Positions 9,926-19,926 of a DNA stretch of 64,000 nt are shown piece after piece (the first letter of the stretch is position 1; every line of letters begins with the position of its first letter). A program made the position numbers and the translations under genes. Source of the DNA: Bacteroidaceae bacterium. GTDB lineage: Bacteria > Bacteroidota > Bacteroidia > Bacteroidales > Bacteroidaceae. The notes under the pieces were generated by a model, which did no database searches, had not been told where the DNA came from, and saw nothing but the letters and a program-made list of their open reading frames with translations. The stretch spans positions 2,636,409 through 2,700,408 of the forward strand of contig OY776497.1 of NCBI GenBank assembly GCA_963675625.1, in the 5' to 3' direction.

Positions 9926-10570
9926 CTATTTATTAAGCCATTCTTTGACAACTGTCTTTACTTTTGGTGTCGATTTTTGTGCATCCGTTCCTCGTACTGC
10001 CAATCCAGAATAGACAGTTGCTCCTACGCAAGCTCGACGAATATATGTCTCCGTTTGAGAAAGGCCACTACCTTCGTGTGTGCAGAATGGAATCACTGTT
10101 TTTCCGTGCCAATCGTGACGTTCTATAAAGGTGTAAACAGGCATGGGCATATCTCCCCACCAGTTGGGATATCCAATAAAAATGACGTCATAGTCTTCAA
10201 TCTTCTTATCACCTTTAATCTCTGGTTTTGCTTTTTCTTTTCTCTCTTTTTGCGCTACTTTGGTACATTGATCGTAATCTGCAGGGTAGGGAGTGACTGG
10301 CTCAATATGAAATAAATCAGCAGAGGTTTCTGCGGCGATTAGTTCGGCCACAATTTCTGTATTTCCTTTCTCTATATAACCTACATTGTAATTCTCATCT
10401 GCTCGCGAGAAGTATACAACTAATGATTTCTTATTTTCAGTCATTTTTTGATAGCTTTGATTCGTTTGGGGCTTTGCTTTTTGAGGTAATTCTCTAGTGT
10501 TGTTTTGCCCTTTTATACCCAATACGTATAGTACAGTCATAAGGGCAACGAATGATATGGTCTTATTCAT
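9926..10570 (-). CDS. Flavodoxin-family protein with N-terminal signal peptide
   Basis: Hydrophobic leader, then a flavodoxin-like core (LVVYFS..., IFIGYPNWWG, PFCTHEGSG). Confidence 0.7.
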   Translation of the reverse strand: MNKTISFVALMTVLYVLGIKGQNNTRELPQKAKPQTNQSYQKMTENKKSLVVYFSRADENYNVGYIEKGNTEIVAELIAAETSADLFHIEPVTPYPADYDQCTKVAQKERKEKAKPEIKGDKKIEDYDVIFIGYPNWWGDMPMPVYTFIERHDWHGKTVIPFCTHEGSGLSQTETYIRRACVGATVYSGLAVRGTDAQKSTPKVKTVVKEWLNK

Positions 10571-10633
10571 GTTGACTTGCTGGTTTTAGTTATAACATTA
10601 ATCTGCATTATTTTATTCGCTATTATCACAATA

Positions 10634-10641
10634 CAAAAGTA
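10634..10641 (-). promoter_or_regulatory. Bacteroidota -7 box (TACTTTTG on coding strand)
   Basis: CAAAAGTA on the + strand, 64 nt upstream of the ATG at 10570. Confidence 0.35.
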
Positions 10642-10713
10642 CGGCGAAAGTATCAATTTCTTGTGATGTACATTACAGATTCTGTGACCAAAATTACTGA
10701 TGTTTACATATAT

Positions 10714-10764
10714 CAAAAAATCCATGCCCTCAAAAGTTGATGATATACTTTTGAGGGCATGGAT
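10714..10764 (-). terminator. Rho-independent terminator of the helicase gene
   Basis: Perfect 18-bp stem (atccatgccctcaaaagt / acttttgagggcatggat) with a 9-nt loop. The A-run on the + strand gives a U-tract on the minus transcript. Confidence 0.75.
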
Positions 10765-10789
10765 ACTAGGGCTCTGTATAAAAGCTTGT

Positions 10790-12055
10790 TTAGGCGTTTT
10801 TCTTTCTAAACTGTTTCTTTACACCAGGTTTGGCAGAGAATGGCTTAGTCGATTTATTTCTTTTAGGTCGATTGCTATTTTCTTTAGGCTTGGGTTGCTC
10901 TATAGGAATGGGCATTTCATCTGCATTGGCGCTAAAAGGGTGTTCGTCAATTCTATGAATACGTTGACGAATCAATTTTTCTATATCTACCACATAACTC
11001 CTCTCTTCGATATCACAAAATGAGATTGCTATCCCTTCTCGACCTGCGCGGCCAGTACGACCTATACGGTGTACGTACGTTTCAGGGATATTAGGCAATT
11101 CATAATTGATCACGTGTGATAAGTTGTCCACATCAATACCACGCGCAGCGATATCTGTAGCTATAAGTACCCGAATGTCACGTGATTTGAAGTCATTTAG
11201 TGCTTTCTGACGAGCATTTTGTGACTTGTTTCCGTGAATGGCTGCAGCAGAGATCTTGTTTTTGTTTAGAATACGTGCAATTCTATCTGCTCCATGCTTA
11301 GTGCGGGTAAAAACAAGAACCGATTCGAGTGTCTGATCTTCAAGTAGATAGACCAATAAATCACGCTTATCTGTTTTTGATACATGATATAATCGTTGTT
11401 CTACACGTTCTGCTGTCGAACTCTTTTGTGCGATTTCTATCGTTATAGGGTGTTTAAGCATACGTGCGGCCAACTGCTCTATCTGTTTAGGCATAGTAGC
11501 CGAAAAGAAGAGGGTTTGTCTCTCAGTTGGGATAATTTTCAAGATACGTTTGATATCATGAATAAACCCCATATCCAGCATACGATCGGCTTCGTCCAAC
11601 ACAAAATAATCGAGTGACTGGAGTTTGATATACCCTTGAGTATGTAAGTCGAGTAGGCGACCCGGAGTGGCCACTAGAATCTGTATACCATGTTTCAGAG
11701 CCTTTATCTGTGGAGCTGTATTGACACCACCAAAGATGACGGTATGGTGTACGTTATGTACATGCTGACTATATGTCGAGATGTTTTCACCAATTTGAAT
11801 GGCAAGCTCACGCGTAGGGGTGACGATAAGTGCTTTAATTCCTTGTCGTGGGTTGCTCTTCGCAAGTCCTTGAATGATAGGTAGTGTAAAAGCGGCTGTC
11901 TTACCAGTGCCAGTTTGAGCATATCCTAATATGTCTTTTCCTGCTAATATTTCAGGAATAGCGCGTGTCTGAATTGGAGTTGGTGCGGTGTATCCTGCGT
12001 CTTTGATTGCGTTTTGAATAGGCGTAATCAAAGGGAAATCTGTAAATTTTACCAT
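10790..12055 (-). CDS. DEAD-box ATP-dependent RNA helicase
   Basis: [15 protein letters not shown] and HRIGRTGR motifs, with a basic C-terminal tail. Confidence 0.92.
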   Translation of the reverse strand: MVKFTDFPLITPIQNAIKDAGYTAPTPIQTRAIPEILAGKDILGYAQTGTGKTAAFTLPIIQGLAKSNPRQGIKALIVTPTRELAIQIGENISTYSQHVHNVHHTVIFGGVNTAPQIKALKHGIQILVATPGRLLDLHTQGYIKLQSLDYFVLDEADRMLDMGFIHDIKRILKIIPTERQTLFFSATMPKQIEQLAARMLKHPITIEIAQKSSTAERVEQRLYHVSKTDKRDLLVYLLEDQTLESVLVFTRTKHGADRIARILNKNKISAAAIHGNKSQNARQKALNDFKSRDIRVLIATDIAARGIDVDNLSHVINYELPNIPETYVHRIGRTGRAGREGIAISFCDIEERSYVVDIEKLIRQRIHRIDEHPFSANADEMPIPIEQPKPKENSNRPKRNKSTKPFSAKPGVKKQFRKKNA

Positions 12056-12077
12056 TGAATAATTTTATAATAGGCGG

Positions 12078-12085
12078 CAAAGATA
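12078..12085 (-). promoter_or_regulatory. Bacteroidota -7 box (TATCTTTG on coding strand)
   Basis: CAAAGATA on the + strand, 23 nt upstream of the ATG at 12055. Confidence 0.45.
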
Positions 12086-12163
12086 CAATTTCTTTTTGAC
12101 ATGACCGCATAGCTTGGTGTGTATAGGTAGTAAAACTTGTTTCTGGGCGTTATAAAATGAAAT

Positions 12164-12194
12164 CGAGAATATGTGATTATAGGACATATTCTCG
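12164..12194 (-). terminator. Hairpin downstream of the 12281-12715 gene
   Basis: 11-bp stem cgagaatatgt / acatattctcg with a 9-nt loop and T/A-rich flanks. Confidence 0.45.
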
Positions 12195-12280
12195 ACTTTT
12201 CTATATGGATTACAGCTATTAAACTGTATCAGCAATCTCACTCAAATTTCTTCGTTCAAATAAGAATACTTAGAAATCGG

Positions 12281-12715
12281 TTAGAATTGATCTTGATCAA
12301 TATCAAACATGGCTAATTGTTCTACAGGAAGTGCTAAACCAGATGGAGCTAATGGGAAAGCATACTTTTGATCTTTCATAAAGGTGTAATTCCATTGCCA
12401 TTTCATGGTGATATAGCAGAATTCATCTGTGTATTTATAGGTGAAAGTACGACAAGGTTCCCACTTATCCCTATTTCTTGACCACATTCGAACCACCTTC
12501 TTCAATGGGCGATTATATTCGTCAAAATCTATAACTGACTTCTTGTAATTGCGCAATGAATTAAAATCATCCATTACATATACATTAATAATTTTAGTTC
12601 CCTCGGCTTCTATCACATTGTGATAAAAGTTCTTATCCTGGGCTAGAGAGGCACCTATACAGGTGAAAAACAACATAATTGTCACGAGTGCTGATTTGAA
12701 GATAATTGCTTTCAT
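12281..12715 (-). CDS. Small secreted hypothetical protein
   Basis: Clean signal peptide (MKAIIFKSALVTIMLFFTCIGASLAQ). I recognise no motif. Confidence 0.6.
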   Translation of the reverse strand: MKAIIFKSALVTIMLFFTCIGASLAQDKNFYHNVIEAEGTKIINVYVMDDFNSLRNYKKSVIDFDEYNRPLKKVVRMWSRNRDKWEPCRTFTYKYTDEFCYITMKWQWNYTFMKDQKYAFPLAPSGLALPVEQLAMFDIDQDQF

Positions 12716-12918
12716 GATTCTTCACTTTAAGGTTGATTAGATAGTTCATCAAAAATGCGCACGTTTAAAAAACCATCACTGATTTATTGTCTTCATGTGT
12801 AAGACGCAGCTAGGGTGGAAATAAGTTGCAAAAAAAACGAATTTAATATTCCATGGACACTCTCTTGACTGTGAGCTTGCGATATCTGTACTGCACAGAG
12901 GTTGTTTGTTCTCTTTGA

Positions 12919-13008
12919 GTATGCATGTATGTACATTTATACACGTATATATGTACATATATGTAGTCATAGATATACATGTACACGTGCATACATGTAC
13001 ATATATAC
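12919..13008. repeat. Three alternating purine-pyrimidine tracts (18, 28 and 36 nt) rich in ATGTACAT-type palindromes
   Basis: Direct reading: 12919-12936, 12938-12965 and 12973-13008 alternate R/Y without interruption. Confidence 0.85.
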
Positions 13009-13120
13009 TTGTGTAGTCTTATATTTATGTATGATTAAATAGGGTCGTATAATCGTTGGAGACTTACTTAGTGCTGTGCTTGTGTGCTATAAGTGGGGCA
13101 TTGCCTTATAATATAGTAAT

Positions 13121-13152
13121 AGGGTGCGTCAAAATCAATTTTGACACACCCT
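13121..13152 (-). terminator. nadA-downstream hairpin (GTCAAAA...TTTTGAC core)
   Basis: agggtgcgtcaaaa-tcaa-ttttgacacaccct, a 14-bp stem with one mismatch. Confidence 0.6.
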
Positions 13153-13179
13153 ATCTACACAGTATGAATAATTCTAATG

Positions 13180-14112
13180 CTATTGCAACATGCGCTTAAC
13201 AGGCAGTGCTGCACGTTCAGCTATATCTTCGGAGACAGTTACGACATATCGTTCTTCTTTCAAAGCAATATATGTGGCTTCCAAAGTAGACTGTTTCATT
13301 GATTCACATATTAGATCATCTCGCATCATGATAAATTCACGATCAGGAAAATCTTTTTTCATCTTATGCAATGTACCCATTTCTGTACCCAACACAAACT
13401 GTGTGCATGTGGAGTTGGCCACGTGTCTAAACATACCAGAGGTAGATGACATAAAACAACGGGGATGATTGACCACCTCGTCACTATGAGAACATTGAGA
13501 TTCGGGATGAATCAAAAACTCAGCATGAGGATATTTGGCTAGTTGCTCAAGTACAACTTCGGTTGTAATTTTCTGGTGCACATGACAGCAACCATTCCAC
13601 ATATGTAAATCGGTAGCTTCTCCTGCTTTCTGTGTCTTAGAAATATAAGTTCCTAAGTTATTATCGGGCACAAATACTACAGGAGTATTTTTAGGCATAG
13701 AGGCTACTATCTTTTGTGCGTTGGCCGATGTACAGCAGTAATCTGTTTCAGATTTAACGGCTGCCGTTGTATTGACATAACTAATGACTAGTCCTCCAGG
13801 ATGTTCAGCCTTCCAAGCACGTAATTGTTCGGCAGTCGCACCATCGGCCAAGGAACAACCAGCTTCTTGAGCTGGAATAATCACCTTTTTCTCTGGGCTT
13901 AATAGTGAAGCCGTTTCAGCCATAAAGTGAACACCACAGAAAACGATAATATCGGCATCTGTTTCGGCTGCTTTGCGAGCAAGCTCCAAGGAATCGCCCA
14001 AGAAGTCGCAGATGTCTTGAATATCAGGGTCTGAGTAATAATGAGCAAGAATGATGGCATTCTTCTCTTTTTTCATTTGGGTAATTGCCGCTATTAGTTG
14101 GTTTTTATCCAT
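13180..14112 (-). CDS. nadA: Quinolinate synthase
   Basis: Typical NadA sequence (ILAHYY, VHFMAE, conserved Cys residues). Adjacent to nadC and nadB. Confidence 0.95.
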   Translation of the reverse strand: MDKNQLIAAITQMKKEKNAIILAHYYSDPDIQDICDFLGDSLELARKAAETDADIIVFCGVHFMAETASLLSPEKKVIIPAQEAGCSLADGATAEQLRAWKAEHPGGLVISYVNTTAAVKSETDYCCTSANAQKIVASMPKNTPVVFVPDNNLGTYISKTQKAGEATDLHMWNGCCHVHQKITTEVVLEQLAKYPHAEFLIHPESQCSHSDEVVNHPRCFMSSTSGMFRHVANSTCTQFVLGTEMGTLHKMKKDFPDREFIMMRDDLICESMKQSTLEATYIALKEERYVVTVSEDIAERAALPVKRMLQ

Positions 14113-14132
14113 GTTCTTTATTTTAAGGCAAC

Positions 14133-14972
14133 TTATTGCACTTGAATATTCATGCTGATATCCATAGCAGTTACTGAATGAGTCAACGCACCGACGCTGA
14201 TAAAGTTTACACCTGTCTCGGCAACTCCATGTAGACGATCCACACTCATATTGCCTGATGCTTCTGTTTGGGCTTTATCACCAATCATTTGTACGGCTTT
14301 GGCCATTGTGGCATTATCCATATTATCAAGCATGATAATATCTGCATGAGCATCTATGGCTTGTTGTACTTCGTCTAGGTTTGTTGTTTCCACTTCGACC
14401 TTTATGTCTGAAGAGATGTGTGCGCGTACTTGTTCTACAGCCTTCGCAATAGAACCGGCCATTTTGATATGATTATCTTTAATCATGGCCATGTCATACA
14501 ATCCCATTCTATGATTGGTACCACCACCATGTTTAACAGCCATTTTGTCCAATACACGTAGCCCTGGAACAGTTTTACGTGTATCAAGAATTTCTGTATG
14601 TGTACCTGCTAGTTCCTTCACATATTTGGATGTAGCAGTCGCAATACCCGACATTCTCTGGAAGAAGTTTAAAGCTACTCGTTCTGCTTTCAACATAGCA
14701 GGATATTCTCCTTTAATCTTAAGAATAACATCACCTTTTTGTACATGTGCTCCATCTTCTACAAGTGGCATCCATTCAATGTCTTTTTGGAAACGTTGAA
14801 AAACAAGATGTACAATCTCCAATCCAGAAACAACACCTTCTGCTTTGGCAGTCATAGTAGCTGTCGCTTGTGTCTCGGCTGGGATGATGGAATCCGTGGT
14901 CACATCCCCTGTATTGATGTCTTCTTCAAAAGCTAAATCAATGATTTTAGTAATCAAATGTTCGTACTTCAT
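14133..14972 (-). CDS. nadC: Nicotinate-nucleotide pyrophosphorylase (carboxylating)
   Basis: QPRTase-like sequence (LDTRKT, KDNH, IMLDNM). Confidence 0.95.
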   Translation of the reverse strand: MKYEHLITKIIDLAFEEDINTGDVTTDSIIPAETQATATMTAKAEGVVSGLEIVHLVFQRFQKDIEWMPLVEDGAHVQKGDVILKIKGEYPAMLKAERVALNFFQRMSGIATATSKYVKELAGTHTEILDTRKTVPGLRVLDKMAVKHGGGTNHRMGLYDMAMIKDNHIKMAGSIAKAVEQVRAHISSDIKVEVETTNLDEVQQAIDAHADIIMLDNMDNATMAKAVQMIGDKAQTEASGNMSVDRLHGVAETGVNFISVGALTHSVTAMDISMNIQVQ

Positions 14973-14996
14973 TATTATAATGTAATTGATAAGTAA

Positions 14997-16559
14997 TTAA
15001 TTGACTTTCTTGGTTGTGATATCTTTGCCCAATTGCTGGATGATATGGAACTTGAAATGTTCATCTGCATGTGGGTAATCTTCACGGTAATGACCTCCAC
15101 GACTTTCCTTGCGGTACAATGCACTCTTAAGGATCAGTTCGGCCACAGTAAGCAAGTGATCCATTTTAACATGGAAATATTCATCGATGGATGTGTGCAA
15201 TGCTTCCCTTTCGGCTGCTATTTTCTTGAGCCCTTCTAGTATGTCGGCTTCATTACGGATAATCCCCGCTGATTCATCCATGATTTTTTGGACACGTGGC
15301 TGCAAAGCATGATAAGCATGCATCGCTACACCGTCTCTGTAGTATATATTTTCAAATTCTGGCCATGCGTTGATCGATTCGCCTTGTGTAGCATCTTGTA
15401 CAGCTCTGTCTCCGAAGACCAAACATTCAAGTAGCGAGTTTGAAGCGAGACGATTGGCTCCCATAATACCGGTAGAAGCTACCTCACCACATACATATAG
15501 GTGTTTAAGATCTGTGCGCCCATATAAATCGGAAGATACCCCCCCCACAGTATAGTGAGCAGCAGGAGCAATAGGAATTTGATCTGTTAAGTCATAGCCA
15601 AATTGTTGGCACGCTTTATTGATTGTAGGGAATCGTTTTTTGATGCGTTCTCCATCCAAATGTTTGAGTGAGAGAGTGATATATGGTAGACCATCTTTTT
15701 TCATTTGTGCGTAGTTGGCACGAGCCACAATATCTCTAGGCGCCAACTCTGCCAATTCATGTAAAGGTACCATATAGCGTTCGCCATCTTTATTCAAGAG
15801 ATGAGCACCTTCACCACGGACGGCCTCACTAATCAAAAAGGCACGATTCGTATCTGGGATATATAAGCCTGATGGATGAAATTGGATAAATTCCATATCC
15901 ACAATACGACATCCTGCTTTATAAGCCATTGCAATGCCGTCACCCACGGTAGTATTAGGATTGGTTGTACGTGAGAAAATGGCGGCGGCCCCTCCTGATG
16001 CTAAGAACGTATTTTTAGCATAGATCAGTACTTCTTTGTTTTCGGTCTTATCCCATGCACGTACACCGTAACAAGTACCGTCTTTTTCGAGCAGTTCCAA
16101 CACAGAGTATCGCTCTTCAATACTAATATTCTTATCGTGTAGCACTTTAGAAATTACAAACTCGGTAATTTCTTTTCCCGTAGAATCGCCTCCAGCATGG
16201 AGAATGCGATTCTTATGGTGTCCACCTTCTAGCCCTAAAGCCAAGTGGCCGTTCTCTTCATCAAATTGCATCCCTTCGGATATGATTTGTTCGATGCGGT
16301 CTGGACCTTCATGAACTAAGACATTAACAGGGGTCGTATCACATAATTCGCGACCAGCGATAATAGTGTCTTTAAAGTGATTTTCGGGTGCGTCTCCCTC
16401 TGCTACTACTGCGGCGATACCTCCTTGCGCGTTGTATGAATTGCTATCCCGTAGACCTTTTTTTGTGATGAGCATAACCTGACCATATGCAGATGCTCTG
16501 TGGGCTATAAACAGACCAGCTAGTCCGCTTCCCACAACTAAATAATCGACTGTATGCAT
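14997..16559 (-). CDS. nadB: L-aspartate oxidase
   Basis: N-terminal FAD fold VVGSGLAGL, HYTVGG, and RGGHYRED near the C-terminus. Confidence 0.95.
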   Translation of the reverse strand: MHTVDYLVVGSGLAGLFIAHRASAYGQVMLITKKGLRDSNSYNAQGGIAAVVAEGDAPENHFKDTIIAGRELCDTTPVNVLVHEGPDRIEQIISEGMQFDEENGHLALGLEGGHHKNRILHAGGDSTGKEITEFVISKVLHDKNISIEERYSVLELLEKDGTCYGVRAWDKTENKEVLIYAKNTFLASGGAAAIFSRTTNPNTTVGDGIAMAYKAGCRIVDMEFIQFHPSGLYIPDTNRAFLISEAVRGEGAHLLNKDGERYMVPLHELAELAPRDIVARANYAQMKKDGLPYITLSLKHLDGERIKKRFPTINKACQQFGYDLTDQIPIAPAAHYTVGGVSSDLYGRTDLKHLYVCGEVASTGIMGANRLASNSLLECLVFGDRAVQDATQGESINAWPEFENIYYRDGVAMHAYHALQPRVQKIMDESAGIIRNEADILEGLKKIAAEREALHTSIDEYFHVKMDHLLTVAELILKSALYRKESRGGHYREDYPHADEHFKFHIIQQLGKDITTKKVN

Positions 16560-16630
16560 GTCTATTAAATTTTGTCAACCTCCTTATTCGAAAAGGGTCG
16601 TATTGTGGTTGATGTTTGTTTTCGAGTGCC

Positions 16631-16638
16631 CAAAGTTA
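16631..16638 (-). promoter_or_regulatory. Bacteroidota -7 box (TAACTTTG on coding strand)
   Basis: CAAAGTTA on the + strand, 72 nt upstream of the nadB ATG. Confidence 0.35.
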
Positions 16639-16792
16639 CAAAAAAAAGCATACATCCTAACTGTTTTATGTATAAATAGCTATATTATCGGCGATTATCG
16701 TTGTATTTGTGATATGAAAAGATCAAGAATGAGAGACTGTTTTTCTTGTAGAATAGATTAGAAATATAAAAATAGAATATTCCAGGTTGTAC

Positions 16793-17455
16793 CTATTGTT
16801 GCTCTATATTGTAGTATTCTCCATATTTTTTATCCAAAAAATCAAGTAACCAGTATATATGCTCGCACCAATTTCTCCCATTTCTGGGTTGATATACTTC
16901 AAAACCCAATCGTTTTGCCAAGGAAATATTGGCACTTCCATCATCTACAAAAAGAGTTTCTTGGGGCAAAATACCACTGTCGGTTATCATGTAATCAAAG
17001 AATCTTTGATCGGGATTGGTATATCCGATTTTATACGAGCAATACATCTTATCGAAATAAAATGAAATAGGGCAATTGTCTTCTGAAAAGTCGAAAGAAT
17101 CTGCCCATAGCATAATATATGGGTTGGTGTTACTCAACAAGTATAGCATATAGTTTTTACTTAACTTGTTGAGACATCGAAGCTTTTCAACTTGTAACTC
17201 TGATGTAAAAGTTAACCAAGCATTAAAAATTTCTTCCATACTGACTTCTCTTCCAGATAAAGTACAACATGCTTGACGAAACTGTTGTGCATTCAATTTT
17301 CCTGTTTCTAAATCCATAAAGATACCTTGTTGTTGATAAGGATCTAAGTACAGGTCTATATCTGAGATCCCTAAATTACTGAACGCATTAAGGGCTGCAT
17401 ATTGATCAATGTTTGTTATCACTCCACCTAGGTCAAAAATGATATTTTTAATCAT
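16793..17455 (-). CDS. HAD-superfamily hydrolase
   Basis: IIFDLGGVI motif I and DD motif IV. The ORF-track start is a TTG; the ATG at 17455 (MIKNIIFDLGGV) is preferred. Confidence 0.75.
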   Translation of the reverse strand: MIKNIIFDLGGVITNIDQYAALNAFSNLGISDIDLYLDPYQQQGIFMDLETGKLNAQQFRQACCTLSGREVSMEEIFNAWLTFTSELQVEKLRCLNKLSKNYMLYLLSNTNPYIMLWADSFDFSEDNCPISFYFDKMYCSYKIGYTNPDQRFFDYMITDSGILPQETLFVDDGSANISLAKRLGFEVYQPRNGRNWCEHIYWLLDFLDKKYGEYYNIEQQ

Positions 17456-17560
17456 AACCTTACCAATTTTATACTGAAACTTCAATTAAACTTTCCTTTG
17501 GACTATTGTCGCAACTTTCATAGCAATCATCCCCTGTGGGTGTCCATATAATGTGAGTCA

Positions 17561-18715
17561 TCATTTTTTTATAAGCCAGTGTTTTTTCAACCATTCACGT
17601 ACTGGTGTGTCATAGAGACGTAGGCAGGCATAGGATACAGCAATGGTAAGCATATATATTGATATTGCCACACATATATGTGTACCTAAGGGAGCCTTTG
17701 GGTGATGTGCTACCCAATTCATATGAATATAAATAAAAGGATAGTGGGTAATGTATAATGGGTAAGAAATTTCACCAAGAAACTTACAAATAGTTTTAGA
17801 TTTAGTTCCTTTAATATGGCTTCCTGCTCCCATAGCCACTACTAAAGGAAACAGTATGAGGATAGCCACTGCATTGTAAGCACCATCTATCCAGGGTGTA
17901 TTGGCTGAACCTATGCAGGGAGTTACTAGTATGATAGTCACCAATATCGAGCACCACACAAAACCAGATCTTATTTTTATTAGCCAGTTCATACGTGAAA
18001 GCAGTACGCCAGCAAAGAAGGGATATAATAAGCGGGATAAACCTATGTACAACTGATCTAGAGAGAGACTAAAACCACCTATGACGGTGTATTGTGCCCA
18101 TCGACGTACCTCAAGGACTCCAAATGTGTCAATATTGAAAGCAATATCGATAGTTAGCAATGCAGAGAATGCAACGAAAATACCTAATAACAGTCGGGAA
18201 AATCGACGAATAATCAGTGCATAAAGAATGTTAGCCATGTATTCCCACATCAATGACCAGCTTGCGCCATTTAGAGAGTTTATTTCAGACCATCCACGGA
18301 TATCCATTGATGGTGGTGTAGGGAGCATTAGGCAACCGAGTAACATAATGAGCAACATCTTCCACCAAGGGGTAGTCATTACTAAATGAAATATGGGGGC
18401 ATCGCCGAAATAGAATAAAGCAGCACCGATAAGTGTACCAGCTATCAGCATGGGATGTAGACGAATAAGACGACGAGTGAAAAAGTCCCATGTTCTCATA
18501 TGCTTCCAACGATCATCATAAGCATAGCTGATGACGAATCCAGATAGGACGAAGAAAAAATCAACAGCTAGGTAACCGTGGTTTAAAATTTGGAATCTCG
18601 GACCTGCGGAATAGGTCTCGAATAGATGAAAAGCTACCACGATCAGAGCAGCCACTCCTCGAAGTCCATCAAGTATCTCGTAGTGGGGTTTGGATGTCAA
18701 ATAGTTTGTTGCCAT
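17561..18715 (-). CDS. Acyltransferase family 3 membrane protein
   Basis: LDGLRGVAALIVVAFH motif, polytopic. The -7 box at 18755-18762 overlaps the ORF-track start, so the ATG at 18715 is preferred. Confidence 0.75.
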   Translation of the reverse strand: MATNYLTSKPHYEILDGLRGVAALIVVAFHLFETYSAGPRFQILNHGYLAVDFFFVLSGFVISYAYDDRWKHMRTWDFFTRRLIRLHPMLIAGTLIGAALFYFGDAPIFHLVMTTPWWKMLLIMLLGCLMLPTPPSMDIRGWSEINSLNGASWSLMWEYMANILYALIIRRFSRLLLGIFVAFSALLTIDIAFNIDTFGVLEVRRWAQYTVIGGFSLSLDQLYIGLSRLLYPFFAGVLLSRMNWLIKIRSGFVWCSILVTIILVTPCIGSANTPWIDGAYNAVAILILFPLVVAMGAGSHIKGTKSKTICKFLGEISYPLYITHYPFIYIHMNWVAHHPKAPLGTHICVAISIYMLTIAVSYACLRLYDTPVREWLKKHWLIKK

Positions 18716-18754
18716 TTTGTACATTATTAGGAATGATATGATTTGTTTCGCGAG

Positions 18755-18762
18755 CAAAAGTA
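18755..18762 (-). promoter_or_regulatory. Bacteroidota -7 box (TACTTTTG on coding strand)
   Basis: CAAAAGTA on the + strand, 40 nt upstream of the ATG at 18715. Confidence 0.4.
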
Positions 18763-18876
18763 GAAAACATACTTAGGAATAGATTGAACAATTTTTGCTT
18801 TAGCTTGTATTATATTTGTATCAATGACTAATAATCAAATTATTATGATAGTATATTGCGAGTTACTCGAAAAATA

Positions 18877-18884
18877 TTAATTTT
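18877..18884 (+). promoter_or_regulatory. Bacteroidota -7 box TAATTTTG
   Basis: Exact TAnnTTTG match, 34 nt upstream of the ATG at 18918. Confidence 0.45.
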
Positions 18885-18917
18885 GCTTCTCATTGCATAA
18901 CCAATAACTACTTTTTA

Positions 18918-19742
18918 ATGGTATCTCCATCACATACATTTGACAACGTACATCTTACCTCAAACGAACAGATAGGATTGCATCAGCAGCCTACCTGGGA
19001 ACTGTCTTATATTATCATCGGTTCAGGTATGAGGTTGATTGGTAACACGACAGAACCCTTTAGTAGTGGTGAAGTGGTATTGATACCTCCAGACATTCCA
19101 CATTGTTGGTACTTTGACAATCAAAATACAGATAGTCAAGGACGAATCGCTAATATTACTATTACGTTTGAAAATGCATTATTGCAACGCTGTCTGGAGG
19201 CTTTTCCAGAACTAGAATTTGCACTTTCACAAATCATGCAGCGCAAAGATGCGGTGATGTTTGGTCAAGAACGTGCCAAAAATATTATTGATTTGCTAAA
19301 GGAAATGTGTGACCTTAATGCTGCAGAACGTGTAGCTCATTTGATTCGATTATTTCTACTCATTGGTGCCAAAGAGGATGAACAAGTTATTGGGCGTTAC
19401 AAAAAAATGGATACGAAACAGAGACGCCTTGAACAAATCAAGATATATATCGCTTGTAATGCCGACAGGGAGATTATGCTCGATACCATTGCTAAGCATG
19501 TGGGGATGAATCGTGCTGCATTTTGTGTATTTTTTAAGAAAGCGACTGGAAAGACGTTTGTCAATTTCCTTAATGAATATCGTGTAAAACAGGCTTGTCA
19601 AATGCTGGAACGACACGAAAAGAGTGTTTCAGAGATTTGCTATTTAGTAGGATTCAATAATGTATCTTATTTCAATCGTGTGTTCAAGAGAATGAAAGGA
19701 GTGTCACCCATTGAATATAGAAAGATCAATCCTGTTGACTAG
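18918..19742 (+). CDS. AraC-family transcriptional regulator (cupin-like N-domain)
   Basis: C-terminal double HTH (CYLVGFNNVSYFNRVFKRMKGVSP) and an N-terminal cupin-like VVLIPPDIPHCW. Confidence 0.88.
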   Translation: MVSPSHTFDNVHLTSNEQIGLHQQPTWELSYIIIGSGMRLIGNTTEPFSSGEVVLIPPDIPHCWYFDNQNTDSQGRIANITITFENALLQRCLEAFPELEFALSQIMQRKDAVMFGQERAKNIIDLLKEMCDLNAAERVAHLIRLFLLIGAKEDEQVIGRYKKMDTKQRRLEQIKIYIACNADREIMLDTIAKHVGMNRAAFCVFFKKATGKTFVNFLNEYRVKQACQMLERHEKSVSEICYLVGFNNVSYFNRVFKRMKGVSPIEYRKINPVD

Positions 19743-19914
19743 TTTATATTAATCTGGAGATATTTTGCCGTTTGGAAGGATAACGAATGATCAGTGAAAA
19801 GGTTTCTTTGTTCATCTGTTATATGACTTTTTATCTTTAAGTTTTCTGTGCAGTATTTGTGAATTCTTGTTCTTTATTTTTGATTATATTTTTTCTTGTC
19901 TCGCTTTTTTATAC

Positions 19915-19922
19915 TAGATTTG
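19915..19922 (+). promoter_or_regulatory. Bacteroidota -7 box TAGATTTG
   Basis: Exact match only 4 nt before the ATG at 19927. This implies a leaderless mRNA or use of the internal Met at 19954. Confidence 0.3.
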
Positions 19923-19926
19923 TGAT

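Noticed and set aside
10700-11023. 107-aa plus-strand ORF at the 3' end of the helicase gene.
   Set aside because: It overlaps the helicase C-terminus and runs through its 18-bp terminator hairpin. The sequence is not protein-like.
12776-12970. 64-aa minus-strand ORF (MTTYMYIYTCINVHTCIL...).
   Set aside because: It is simply the translation of the alternating purine-pyrimidine repeat. There is no promoter box or coding periodicity.
18285-18509. Short alternative-frame ORFs nested in larger genes. Examples: 18285-18509, 7886-8149, 28718-29020, 45084-45287.
   Set aside because: They are fully contained in stronger genes on the same or opposite strand, and they have no independent signals.
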